Positions 1 to 7,941 of a DNA stretch of 24,000 bases are shown here, piece after piece. The notes under the pieces are model-generated. The model was not told the origin of the DNA. It did not search any database and saw only the letters and a program-made list of their open reading frames with translations. Position numbers and translations under genes: made by a program. Position 1 is the first letter of the stretch. Each line of letters begins with the position of its first letter. This DNA is from an uncultured Lachnospiraceae bacterium (GTDB taxonomy: Bacteria > Bacillota > Clostridia > Lachnospirales > Lachnospiraceae), in contig CAJUSK010000012.1 of NCBI GenBank assembly GCA_910589075.1, forward strand, positions 154,428 to 178,427, in the 5' to 3' direction.

Positions 1-256
1 CTCAGACAGATGTCTGAGGCGCTAATCTACATTATCGCGGTACCACTCAACTTGACCTTTTACAAAAAGGCCCTCTTATTTCATGTACTTCATACATGCC
101 GCATGGATAACGGGTACGGTTCCCGGCAGCGCCTACTTGCATTGACTTACGTTCGGACTGCCCTCGAAAGCCCATTCAGCAAATATCTCCATGCTGCAAT
201 CCCACCATCTGCAGCTCTCTGGTATGGTATCCATTAGCCTACTCCTCTTTCTCACA
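1..256 (-). promoter_or_regulatory. T-box riboswitch leader, probable tryptophan (UGG) specifier. The regulated gene lies beyond the left edge.
   Basis: Minus-strand read shows: K-turn-like UGUGAGAAAG (256-247), a GAGUA element, and the AGAGAG bulge (220-215). It also shows a distal hairpin CUGCA-GAUGGUGGGAU-UGCAG and a specifier-loop pattern GAA-UGG-G followed by CUUUCGAG (177-163). That pattern has the same layout as the glyQS GAA-GGC-A-CUUCGAG. The canonical T-box core GUGGUACCGCG is at 46-36, and the terminator hairpin CUCAGACA/UGUCUGAG (18-1) is cut by the window edge. Confidence 0.85.
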
Positions 257-278
257 GGTTTATTTTTATTTTTTTATT

Positions 279-307
279 ACTCTAATACGTTTCGGTTCAA
301 ATGTCAA
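279..307 (-). promoter_or_regulatory. Candidate sigma-A promoter for the T-box leader
   Basis: Minus strand has TTGACA (307-302), a 17-nt spacer, then TAGAGT (284-279), about 25 nt upstream of the first T-box stem. Confidence 0.45.
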
Positions 308-425
308 GAAGATTTTTGTGTTTTACACGATAATTTACACAATAATGACAGGTGCAACTGCAAAAGCGAAAGCAAATGCCGCCGCGGGAGCCCTGGTTTT
401 ATTCGCTCCGAAATATCCCATTTCA

Positions 426-1304
426 TCATTCAATCGGTTTCAGATAGAAGCCGCCATAAAAATCTTCGGACTTAAATGTATTGATGATCACATGGGGATC
501 TGTCTTGTGCATCAGTTTTGCAATATCCTGGATCTCATAACTGGAAACAACGGTGTGCAGCAGGCTGATTTTCTTGCCGCTGTATCCGCCGATGCCGTCA
601 ACCCTGGAAACGCCATGCCGGTACTCTGCCACATAGGCTTTGATGATCTCATCCGGTTTGGTCGTCGTAACCTGCATGGTCATACGCTCGTACCGGTGAT
701 AGAAAGAATCAATGGTCTTTGTGGAAATAAACTGGAACAAAATGGAGTAACCTGCATACTCCCAGCCAAACATAAATCCGAAAATGGTAATCAACGCTGC
801 ATTAAATACAAAGACATAACTCCAGATGGACTTGCCTTTTTTATTGGAAATATACAGCGCCACAAAATCCACGCCTCCGGTGGACGCGTTGCCTTTCAAT
901 GCGATCACTGTCATAATGCCGTAAGAGAATCCTCCAAAGATCACGTTCAGCAGAACATCGTCAAATAAAGGCGCAAAATTCAGGATCTTCAGAAAAAAGC
1001 TGGCAAAAAATACTTGTAACAGTGAGAAAAAGGTAAAGCGTTTGCTGATACTTTTACTGCACAATATAGCTACCGGAATGTTCAAAACCAGCATGCCCAC
1101 GGAAACGGAAAACGTAAATCCGAAAAATGTGGAGGTGATCTTTTCAACCAGAATGGCAACCCCCGTAAAACCGCTGGAGAGCAGGTTGATCGGATTCATA
1201 AAAATCTGCAGAATCGCTGCCTGCAAAAATCCTGCCACCAGTACACTCGTAAAGGTAATGACATACCGCACTTTTTCATTGCTTCTTAACGTTCGAAAAT
1301 TCAT
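426..1304 (-). CDS. YitT-family membrane protein (with DUF2179-like C-terminal domain)
   Basis: 292-aa ORF with a multi-TM N-terminal part (GFLQAAILQIFMNPINLLSSGFTGVAILVEKI...) and a soluble C-terminal domain typical of YitT proteins. Its ATG overlaps the cutC stop (ATGA at 1301-1304). Confidence 0.85.
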   Translation of the reverse strand: MNFRTLRSNEKVRYVITFTSVLVAGFLQAAILQIFMNPINLLSSGFTGVAILVEKITSTFFGFTFSVSVGMLVLNIPVAILCSKSISKRFTFFSLLQVFFASFFLKILNFAPLFDDVLLNVIFGGFSYGIMTVIALKGNASTGGVDFVALYISNKKGKSIWSYVFVFNAALITIFGFMFGWEYAGYSILFQFISTKTIDSFYHRYERMTMQVTTTKPDEIIKAYVAEYRHGVSRVDGIGGYSGKKISLLHTVVSSYEIQDIAKLMHKTDPHVIINTFKSEDFYGGFYLKPIE

Positions 1305-2041
1305 ATCGTCTCAACCAGCCTCTTCACCAACGCCTCATCTACGATTTCATATGCATCCCTGTGGGGCTGCTCCGTATAGGAGTAGGATACATCCGGCCCG
1401 TTGGTAGTCGGATCGCAAAGCCATCCCTTACAGGAACTGTGTACCTGCCAGATACCGGTCTTTTCCATCAGTTCTGCGGCATTACCCGCATTGACACCAC
1501 TGCCCGCCAAAATCTGTATCCGGTCGCCGTATTTCTTCTGGAGAGCGGCAATCTGCTCCGCGCCATCCATGGCCTTTGCCTTACCGCCGCTGGTGAGAAC
1601 ACGGCAAATTCCCATATCAATCAGCGCTTCCATGGCGCTGTCCTGATCCTGTACACAATCAAATGCCCGATGGAACACGGCCTCTCCGTGGTATCGGTCT
1701 ATAATCTGAACGATCTTTCGTATCTGTGCCTCATGAAGCCTTGCCTGCGCATCCAGACATCCGAAAGCAATGCCGTCAGCGCCGTTTTTCATCAACAGTT
1801 CCGTATCCTGTTCCATCACTTCAAAGTCTGTATCACTGTAACAAAAGCCTGCCGCCCTGGGCCGTACCATCGCCACCACATTCAGATCCGTATGCTTTTT
1901 TGTCAGAAGCAACGTCCCCACAGACGGCGTCAGTCCCCCCAGATACAGCGCACTGTTCAGTTCGATACGCTTTGCACCTCCGCGATAAGCCGCCAGCGCG
2001 TCTTCATAGCTTCCGCAACAGATTTCCACTATTTTTTCCAT
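1301..2041 (-). CDS. cutC: CutC-family protein (copper homeostasis protein CutC, TIM-barrel)
   Basis: 246-aa ORF. The N-terminus MEKIVEICCGSYEDALAAYRGGAKRIELNSALYLGGLTPS matches the CutC family signature. GAGGGTG RBS lies upstream of the ATG. Confidence 0.85.
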   Translation of the reverse strand: MEKIVEICCGSYEDALAAYRGGAKRIELNSALYLGGLTPSVGTLLLTKKHTDLNVVAMVRPRAAGFCYSDTDFEVMEQDTELLMKNGADGIAFGCLDAQARLHEAQIRKIVQIIDRYHGEAVFHRAFDCVQDQDSAMEALIDMGICRVLTSGGKAKAMDGAEQIAALQKKYGDRIQILAGSGVNAGNAAELMEKTGIWQVHSSCKGWLCDPTTNGPDVSYSYTEQPHRDAYEIVDEALVKRLVETI

Positions 2042-2218
2042 ATTGTCACCCTCACGCCTGAATCATTTTCTTTTGTAACAGTTTCGTCAAACAGAACTGT
2101 TACCTGCAAACTCCATTGATCACTGCCTGCGGCAATGGGAGTTTGCACCCATGAATCGTTCACTTGCGGTCTGCCCGGTCAATGTGCAGACCTGATTTCA
2201 GCTTGTTCTATCGTTCCG

Positions 2219-3313
2219 TTAAATTGTCAGCGCAAAGCTGTAAGCCGGTTTGATGCAGTCCAGTAAAAGCTGTTCCCCGCCATCCACATGGCCCACATAA
2301 TTATAGACATCATCCGCTTTTATCTCGCTCAGTACGATCATCAGTTCTCCCGCATAATGTTTCAGATGATCGTTGACAATGATCACATCGCCTCTGGTAA
2401 ACAGTTCCTTGCCGTTTGGCCGGGGCACAATGGATTTGTCTTTATATTCTACTCTGGGCCAGCTTGATCTGACAACCAGTTCATTGCAGTCGTCCCTGGA
2501 CATATGGATATCGCAAGTGATAATCTCTTTTTCTATCTCAGAAATGCCTTCGGCTGCATTCACTTTGATCATAATTTTGCTCAGGTCGGTTTCCGCCATG
2601 GCTTTCAGCTCCGCCTCACTGGCAAAGGCATTGCCGATGAGGAAATCATTGATCAGCCCCATGGCATTCAAATGTCTGAGCTGCAGGTCAATGGGCAGGT
2701 CACGGTGGATCTCCAGTGTGGGAAGCCCGTCATATACTTCCCAGGGCCCATGGGTATGCGGCTCATGACTGGTCACAAAAGCCGCATTATTCAGTCCCAG
2801 CGGCTGATACCAACTGTTCAGCTCCTGCCACCGGGAAAGTCCCATACCCGTATTTCTCTGGGGATAAAAATTACTGCAAAGGCACATATTGCCGCGGTCT
2901 GCGCCCTTTTTGATCATTACGTCCAGCGCCTGGGTGGAGGAAGCATTGTATTCAATCATAATGCCATAGGGATTTTTGGTGATGGCAATATCCTCGGCAT
3001 CACTAAAATGTTCGTCCAGACGGATGATGTCCACATTCATTTCCGCGAAAACGGACAGATCACGCGGCCCTGCGCCCAGTCTTTTAAAAACAGCTCCGTT
3101 TGTATCCACCGATACTTTGAGACCATTCTCATGAGCCACCTTGCAAAACTCTGTAAAGTCCCGTTTGATCGTCTCTTTATCCTCTTCCACGGACAACAGA
3201 CAGGTAAATACGCGCTGAAAACCGTATTTCCCCGCCAGTTTCATATATTCATAGCATTTTTCTCTGGGTGCCCGCTCCGGGTATACAGAGATGCCGAGTC
3301 TTTTCATACTCAA
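2219..3313 (-). CDS. DUF871 / MupG-like protein (putative 6-phospho-glycosidase, TIM-barrel)
   Basis: 364-aa ORF. The N-terminus MKRLGISVYPE... and overall length match the DUF871 family, whose characterised member is S. aureus MupG (6-phospho-N-acetylmuramidase). GGAGGG RBS lies 8 nt upstream. Confidence 0.75.
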   Translation of the reverse strand: MSMKRLGISVYPERAPREKCYEYMKLAGKYGFQRVFTCLLSVEEDKETIKRDFTEFCKVAHENGLKVSVDTNGAVFKRLGAGPRDLSVFAEMNVDIIRLDEHFSDAEDIAITKNPYGIMIEYNASSTQALDVMIKKGADRGNMCLCSNFYPQRNTGMGLSRWQELNSWYQPLGLNNAAFVTSHEPHTHGPWEVYDGLPTLEIHRDLPIDLQLRHLNAMGLINDFLIGNAFASEAELKAMAETDLSKIMIKVNAAEGISEIEKEIITCDIHMSRDDCNELVVRSSWPRVEYKDKSIVPRPNGKELFTRGDVIIVNDHLKHYAGELMIVLSEIKADDVYNYVGHVDGGEQLLLDCIKPAYSFALTI

Positions 3314-3339
3314 ATCCCTCCTGTTTTATTCCAGCTTTA

Positions 3340-3680
3340 TTCCAGTTCCGCTACATTCCGGACAATACCCCTGCTCTGAAAGGTTTTTCCATCCCCTTCG
3401 TGGCTGTAAAATCCTTTCGGGCATTGTCCGGAATTTCGCTGTTTTTATTCCTGTTTTATTCCTGTTCCGCTACATTCCGGACAATGCCTCTGCTCTGAAA
3501 GGTTTTTCCATCCCCTTCGTGGCTGTAAAATCCTTTCGGGCACTGTCCGGAATTCCGCTGTTTTTTTCCAGTTCCGCTACATTCCGGACAATGCCCCTGC
3601 TCTGAAAGGCTTTTCCATCCCCTTCGTGGCTGTAAAATCCTTTCGGGCACTGTCCGGAATTTCGCTGTTTTTGTTCCTGT
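3340..3680 (-). repeat. Three tandem copies (unit starts 3346, 3465, 3572; periods 119 and 107 bp) of a structured intergenic element. Each carries a 78-nt extended hairpin (3356-3433, 3475-3552, 3582-3659).
   Basis: Direct reading shows near-identical units: TTCCGCTACATTCCGGACAATGCCCCTGCTCTGAAAGGYTTTTCCATCCCCTTCGTGGCTGTAAAATCCTTTCGGGCAYTGTCCGGAAT. Structure: 15-bp outer stem (TTCCGGACAATRCCC / GGGCAYTGTCCGGAA), a 7-nt bulge, an 11-bp inner stem (GAAAGGAUUUU / AAAARCCUUUC in minus sense) and a 19-nt apical loop. The array fills the whole gap between the M20 stop (3683) and the MupG-like start (3313). Confidence 0.9.
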
Positions 3681-3682
3681 TT

Positions 3683-4807
3683 TTAATTCTGCTCCAGGCC
3701 ATCTATGAGCTGATGCAGTGCATAAGCATAGATTTGGGTGTTTTTCTCAATGTCACAAATGCGCATCCACTCGTCAGGCATATGGCCGATGCCTTTCTGG
3801 CCTTTGAAGCTGGGGCCAAAGGGTACGATATTTTTCACCACTTTGGCATAGCTGCCGCCGGTGGTGGTCACTGCACTTCCGTCCTCGTGCATGATTTCCT
3901 CATAGACACGTTCCAGGGTTTTGATCAGGTAGGTATCCTTGTCAAAAAAGACGGGATCAATGTTGGAATCCAGAATGAGGATCATATGCTCGCTGCACAG
4001 TTTCCGCAGGGATTCTGTCATCGTCTCCAGCTTATAAGAAGCCGGATAGCTGGAAACCAGTGTCAGGCCGCAACTGTCCGCATCCTCAAACAGTTCAACC
4101 TTGCGCACTTGGTTTTTTCCGAACTCTTCGTCGGAATAGTCGATGCCCAGGCTGGCTGCCAGATCATTTTTGTTGAGAATAAACCGGTTGACAAAGGTAT
4201 AAAGTTCTTCTGTCCTGTCTTTCGGCAGGCTGTAACGGAATGCCGCCCTGCCGCGCTCCGCGTAGATAACCGGATACTTAACATCGGGAGTCCAGCCCAT
4301 CAGGGGATATTTGTGGTCTTTGAAATACCATTTCATATCTTCCATCCCGGTTTCTTCGTTGGTACCGAAAATGATCTTGACACGAATGGGGAATTCATAC
4401 CCCAGATCCATCAATGCCTTTAAGGCATACATACAGCAGAATGTGGGACCCTTATTGTCAAGGACACCTCTTGCATACAGGGTGCCGTCTTTTTCCGTAC
4501 ATACAAAGGGATCCGTCTTCCACACGCCGTCCACATCCACCACATCCAGATGTCCCACACAGGCAATGTAATCTTCCGTGTCGGGGCCGCAGGCTGCAAT
4601 GCCCACCTGATTGCCCACATTCTCGGTCTCGAATCCCAGCCGCCGGGCAATGGCCAGTGCCGCATTGAGGCAGTCTGTCACCCGTTGCCCGTAAGGGTCC
4701 TCCGGTGTGGCTGTATCTTGCCTGGAATCCATACTACAGATTGTTTTGATGTCTTCCACCAGATCCGGAAGCAGCTCACTCACATGGTTTATGATTTTCT
4801 CTTTCAT
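3683..4807 (-). CDS. M20-family metallo-dipeptidase (PepV/Sapep-like, short form)
   Basis: 374-aa ORF with M20 metal/catalytic motifs: GHLDVVD, RGVLDNKGP, GTNEETG and C-terminal GHMPDE. The start is 2 nt after the upstream gene's stop. Confidence 0.8.
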   Translation of the reverse strand: MKEKIINHVSELLPDLVEDIKTICSMDSRQDTATPEDPYGQRVTDCLNAALAIARRLGFETENVGNQVGIAACGPDTEDYIACVGHLDVVDVDGVWKTDPFVCTEKDGTLYARGVLDNKGPTFCCMYALKALMDLGYEFPIRVKIIFGTNEETGMEDMKWYFKDHKYPLMGWTPDVKYPVIYAERGRAAFRYSLPKDRTEELYTFVNRFILNKNDLAASLGIDYSDEEFGKNQVRKVELFEDADSCGLTLVSSYPASYKLETMTESLRKLCSEHMILILDSNIDPVFFDKDTYLIKTLERVYEEIMHEDGSAVTTTGGSYAKVVKNIVPFGPSFKGQKGIGHMPDEWMRICDIEKNTQIYAYALHQLIDGLEQN

Positions 4808-4809
4808 TT

Positions 4810-5763
4810 TTATTCCTCAACCGGTGCCATACGCACGCGCATATATTCTTCCAGCCACTCTTTGGAAGCTTCTTCAAATGTGCAGTGGCCGTCCTCTTCT
4901 CTTGTTACCAGATAGACAATGGGGGGCTGGTCCTGTGTGGCCACGCTGAAGGAAAATCCGCCGATATTGGTAGCACAGCCAAATTCCCCTTTGCAGTTCA
5001 TTGCCACCACCGATAAATCGCCTGCTTCGCCCCGTTTTTCTTTCAGTTTCCGGTCCAGATCGCCAACTGCCTTCTCACATGCCTCCTGGGGTGTCAGTCC
5101 TTCTTTCATCAGACGGACGATCTCATAGGAGATACAGCCTTTCATCAGATCCTCTCCCAGTCCGGTAGCCGTCGCACCACCCACTTCAGAATCCGCATAG
5201 AACCCGGAACCTACGATCGGTGAATCCCCTACACGGCCGCTGCGTTTCATAAACAGGCCGCTGGTGCTGGTAGCCGCTGTCACTGTGCCGGACTGATCCA
5301 GACATACCATGCCCACCGTATCGTGGCCATCATAGGGTTTCAGTTCCTGATCCAGCTCTTTTTTCTTTTTGCGGTAAAAAGCCTTTGCACGGTCAGTCAG
5401 CATTTCCTTTTCCTCGAATTTGCACGCACGGGCGTATTTCTCGGCGCCTGCCCCTACCAGTACATTGTTGACTTTTTCTTCGCTGAGTTTTCTGGCGATG
5501 CTGATGGGGTTTGCAAAATCTTTGATGGCGCCCAGCGCACCCACGCTCATGGTATCACCGTCCATATAGCCGGCATCCAATTCCACGATCTGCTCTTCAT
5601 TGGGCAGCCCGCCATAACCCACTGACTTATAATAAGGGAAGTCCTCCACCGCACGGATGGCAGTCTCGATGGCGCTGCCTGAAGTTTCCCCCTTTTTCAG
5701 CATTTCGTCTGCCAGTTCTATCCCTTCCTTTGCCATCCTCCATGTGGCTATGATTCCATACAT
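4810..5763 (-). CDS. Asparaginase-2 family Ntn hydrolase, glycosylasparaginase-like (N4-(beta-N-acetylglucosaminyl)-L-asparaginase / isoaspartyl peptidase family)
   Basis: 317-aa ORF with N-terminal IIATWRMA, autoprocessing/nucleophile motif GHDTVGMV, and GDSPIVGSGFYAD and GGATATGLGEDLM motifs. GGAGGAA RBS is present. Confidence 0.8.
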   Translation of the reverse strand: MYGIIATWRMAKEGIELADEMLKKGETSGSAIETAIRAVEDFPYYKSVGYGGLPNEEQIVELDAGYMDGDTMSVGALGAIKDFANPISIARKLSEEKVNNVLVGAGAEKYARACKFEEKEMLTDRAKAFYRKKKKELDQELKPYDGHDTVGMVCLDQSGTVTAATSTSGLFMKRSGRVGDSPIVGSGFYADSEVGGATATGLGEDLMKGCISYEIVRLMKEGLTPQEACEKAVGDLDRKLKEKRGEAGDLSVVAMNCKGEFGCATNIGGFSFSVATQDQPPIVYLVTREEDGHCTFEEASKEWLEEYMRVRMAPVEE

Positions 5764-5828
5764 ATCATTTCCTCCTGCCTGATATCATGTTTCCACGGTC
5801 TGCGCAGCAAGTGCGCAGACCTGTATAT

Positions 5829-6902
5829 TTATTTACATTCATTGTTTAATATCCTGTGAAATACCTCATCATCCATGTCCTTTACCAGCTCGCAGATCAG
5901 ACGGATGCAGGCCTCCACATCATCCTCGTGGATCATGCTGTGGTTGGTGTGCATATACCGGATGGGTATGGATAAGGTCATATTGAGGATTCCTTCAAAA
6001 GCCTTGTGTATATTGCCGGAATCCGTACCGCCTTTGTTAAATACCGCATACTGGCAGGGAATATCGTGCTCTTTGCAGATACTTTCCACATACCGCACCA
6101 GTCCTCTGGGCGCTATGGAATTGGAGTCAATCATCGAAAGCACCACACCTTTGCCCAGGCTGCAAATATTATGGTTAGCCGGCGTATCTCCGGCCAATGT
6201 GGTGTCAATGGCGAAGGCAATATCCGGATGCACGGCCTCTGTGGCAGTTCTGGCGCCCCTAAGGCCCGGCTCTTCCTGCACGGTATTGGCCAGGTACAGA
6301 GGGATATGGGCCGTATCTTTCAGCCGCTCTGCAGCCTCTGCCATGATGTAGTTTCCGATTCGATCATCAAAAGCTTTGCAGGAAATATATTTGGGATTGT
6401 TCATCACTTCAAAATGCGCCCAGGGCGCAATCATATCCCCTATAGCAATTCCCATGGAAAGTACTTCTTCCCGGTCTTTCACACCCAGATCCAGATACAC
6501 GTCTTCCATGGAAACAGTCTTGCTGCGAATTTCCTCCGGCAGTCCATGGGTTGCCATGCTGCCCATCAGCGCCGGATATTTCTTTTTATCTTTCGTGACA
6601 ATGGTGTACCACTGCCCCAAAACCATGTGGCTCCACCAGCTTCCCACCGGACGCACCCGGATGAATCCGTTGTCGTCGATGCTCTCCACCATAAAGCCCA
6701 CCTCGTCCATATGGGCGGCAACCATCATCACCGGCCCCCGGGCATCCCTGCATTTGACAGCGACCACGCTGCCCAGTCCATCCTGCATACAGTCGATACC
6801 GAGGCTCTCATACTCTTCTGTCAGGATCCTGCCCACTTCCTGCTCAAAGGAGGAGATCCCGCAGACGGAACATATTTTTTCCAGTCTTTCCAAATTTATC
6901 AT
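5829..6902 (-). CDS. M42-family aminopeptidase (FrvX/YsdC/TET-like), metal ligands intact
   Basis: 357-aa ORF with all expected M42 ligand motifs: AAHMDEVGF, KAFDDRIG, VQEEPGLRGA, AFAIDTT, IRYMHT. Its start overlaps the upstream paralog's stop (6899-6902). Confidence 0.85.
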   Translation of the reverse strand: MINLERLEKICSVCGISSFEQEVGRILTEEYESLGIDCMQDGLGSVVAVKCRDARGPVMMVAAHMDEVGFMVESIDDNGFIRVRPVGSWWSHMVLGQWYTIVTKDKKKYPALMGSMATHGLPEEIRSKTVSMEDVYLDLGVKDREEVLSMGIAIGDMIAPWAHFEVMNNPKYISCKAFDDRIGNYIMAEAAERLKDTAHIPLYLANTVQEEPGLRGARTATEAVHPDIAFAIDTTLAGDTPANHNICSLGKGVVLSMIDSNSIAPRGLVRYVESICKEHDIPCQYAVFNKGGTDSGNIHKAFEGILNMTLSIPIRYMHTNHSMIHEDDVEACIRLICELVKDMDDEVFHRILNNECK

Positions 6903-7921
6903 CTATTGTCACCCAGTCCGAACCCTGCAATTTTTTCAGAATCAATGGTATCCAGATATGCAGCCAGGCTCTCTGTCAATGCGTCCACATCCCCGGCCCT
7001 GCAAATCTCGTTGGCGCTGCCCATATGATCCATGGCTACACCGACACTGATCGCCGGCGTCCCTTTTAATGTCTTATGGATAAAAGAACCGTCATTTCCC
7101 GTAATTCCAAAATAAGGTTTTGTCTCTGTCTTTCCTGCAAAATCATGTAACAGAGACTGTGCGGGAAGCATCTGGCGGTCATAATATCCCAGAATCACGC
7201 CGTCCCCTGTGTTTGCTTTTCTTTTCGCTGTGTCAAACGCTGTCAGGGCAATGGCTGCATCCGGCCGGATTACATAAGTCGCTGTTTTCGTTCCTCTGAA
7301 CCCGATGACAGACTGCGCAATACAGCCCACTGCCAGATGGAAATCAAATTCTGTATCCTTTATCCGTTCCAGCAGTTCCAATGTCACTTCATTAAATATC
7401 CTGGGGAACAGTGCCTTCGACATGATAATCCCGTCTCTCTCACAAAATGCACTGGCATATCCCACCAGATCGCCGGGATGAACGCGTTCTTTCAGTTCTT
7501 CATAAGGAATACCGCAGGTGATAAATAAGTCATCCGCATTTTTCGCCTCACAGGAATCTTCCAGCGTTTTTTTGTCCATACCGATCACACCGTCGATACA
7601 GGTATCCTCTCTCGTCAGAATACGCACACGCTGATGCAGCAGGGAGCTGCATGCCAGATGTTCCAGCGGAATAAAGGAAACAGTCCCTTCCTTCTTCACC
7701 TCTGAAACCATCAGCCCCACTTCGTCCAGAGGGGAAGCGATCATAAAAGTCTGTGCATTTGGATTTTTTGATTTCTTAATCGCAAAGAGCGATCCCAGAC
7801 GGTCACACCGTATCTCATCACATAAGGGTTCATAACTCTCACGGAGTATTTTGGAAATCCCATGCTCCGCGCTGCTGACCCCGAAACTGTTACATAGTTT
7901 TTCTAATCTGCCTGTGTTCAT
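6899..7921 (-). CDS. M42-family paralog with substituted metal-ligand positions (probable non-catalytic subunit)
   Basis: Collinear with the downstream M42 protein (LEKLCNSFGVSSAE vs LEKICSVCGISSFE; PLDEVGLMV vs HMDEVGFMV), but ligand motifs are replaced. Start chosen at ATG 7921 (MNTGRLEKL, aligns with MINLERLEKI; AGGAGAGG RBS). A longer ORF to 7957 is possible but would include a strong hairpin. Confidence 0.7.
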   Translation of the reverse strand: MNTGRLEKLCNSFGVSSAEHGISKILRESYEPLCDEIRCDRLGSLFAIKKSKNPNAQTFMIASPLDEVGLMVSEVKKEGTVSFIPLEHLACSSLLHQRVRILTREDTCIDGVIGMDKKTLEDSCEAKNADDLFITCGIPYEELKERVHPGDLVGYASAFCERDGIIMSKALFPRIFNEVTLELLERIKDTEFDFHLAVGCIAQSVIGFRGTKTATYVIRPDAAIALTAFDTAKRKANTGDGVILGYYDRQMLPAQSLLHDFAGKTETKPYFGITGNDGSFIHKTLKGTPAISVGVAMDHMGSANEICRAGDVDALTESLAAYLDTIDSEKIAGFGLGDNR

Positions 7922-7941
7922 ACCTCTCCTTTTTGAAAAGA

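Noticed and set aside
318-968. Long plus-strand ORFs antisense to minus-strand genes. Examples: 318-968, 1361-2119, 2504-3379, 3626-4423, 6006-7028, 8409-8945, 9126-9962, 11908-13032, 13640-14281, 16346-17569, 20524-21180, 21415-22269, 22456-23472.
   Set aside because: Each lies fully opposite a minus-strand ORF with clear family motifs and a good RBS. Their translations are low-complexity (rich in H, R, Q, C, F), have no recognisable motifs and lack Shine-Dalgarno sequences.
3268-3650. Track ORFs spanning the tandem repeats (3268-3498+, 3291-3605+, 3456-3650-), which give reiterated peptides such as SATFRTMPLL
   Set aside because: The periodic peptide sequence is a by-product of translating the DNA repeat. 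There is no RBS, the units differ by indels that would shift the frame, and the region folds as long hairpins.
3340-3680. Possible CRISPR array
   Set aside because: The units are 107-119 bp and contiguous, with no unique spacers between short repeats. There are only three copies and no cas genes in the window.
3356-3680. Interpreting the three hairpins as plus-strand intrinsic terminators because each is followed by a T-run
   Set aside because: There is no plus-strand gene upstream to terminate. The stems are much longer and more interrupted than typical terminators. The stem substitutions create A/C mismatches in plus sense but G-U pairs in minus sense. A role in blocking antisense transcription cannot be fully excluded.
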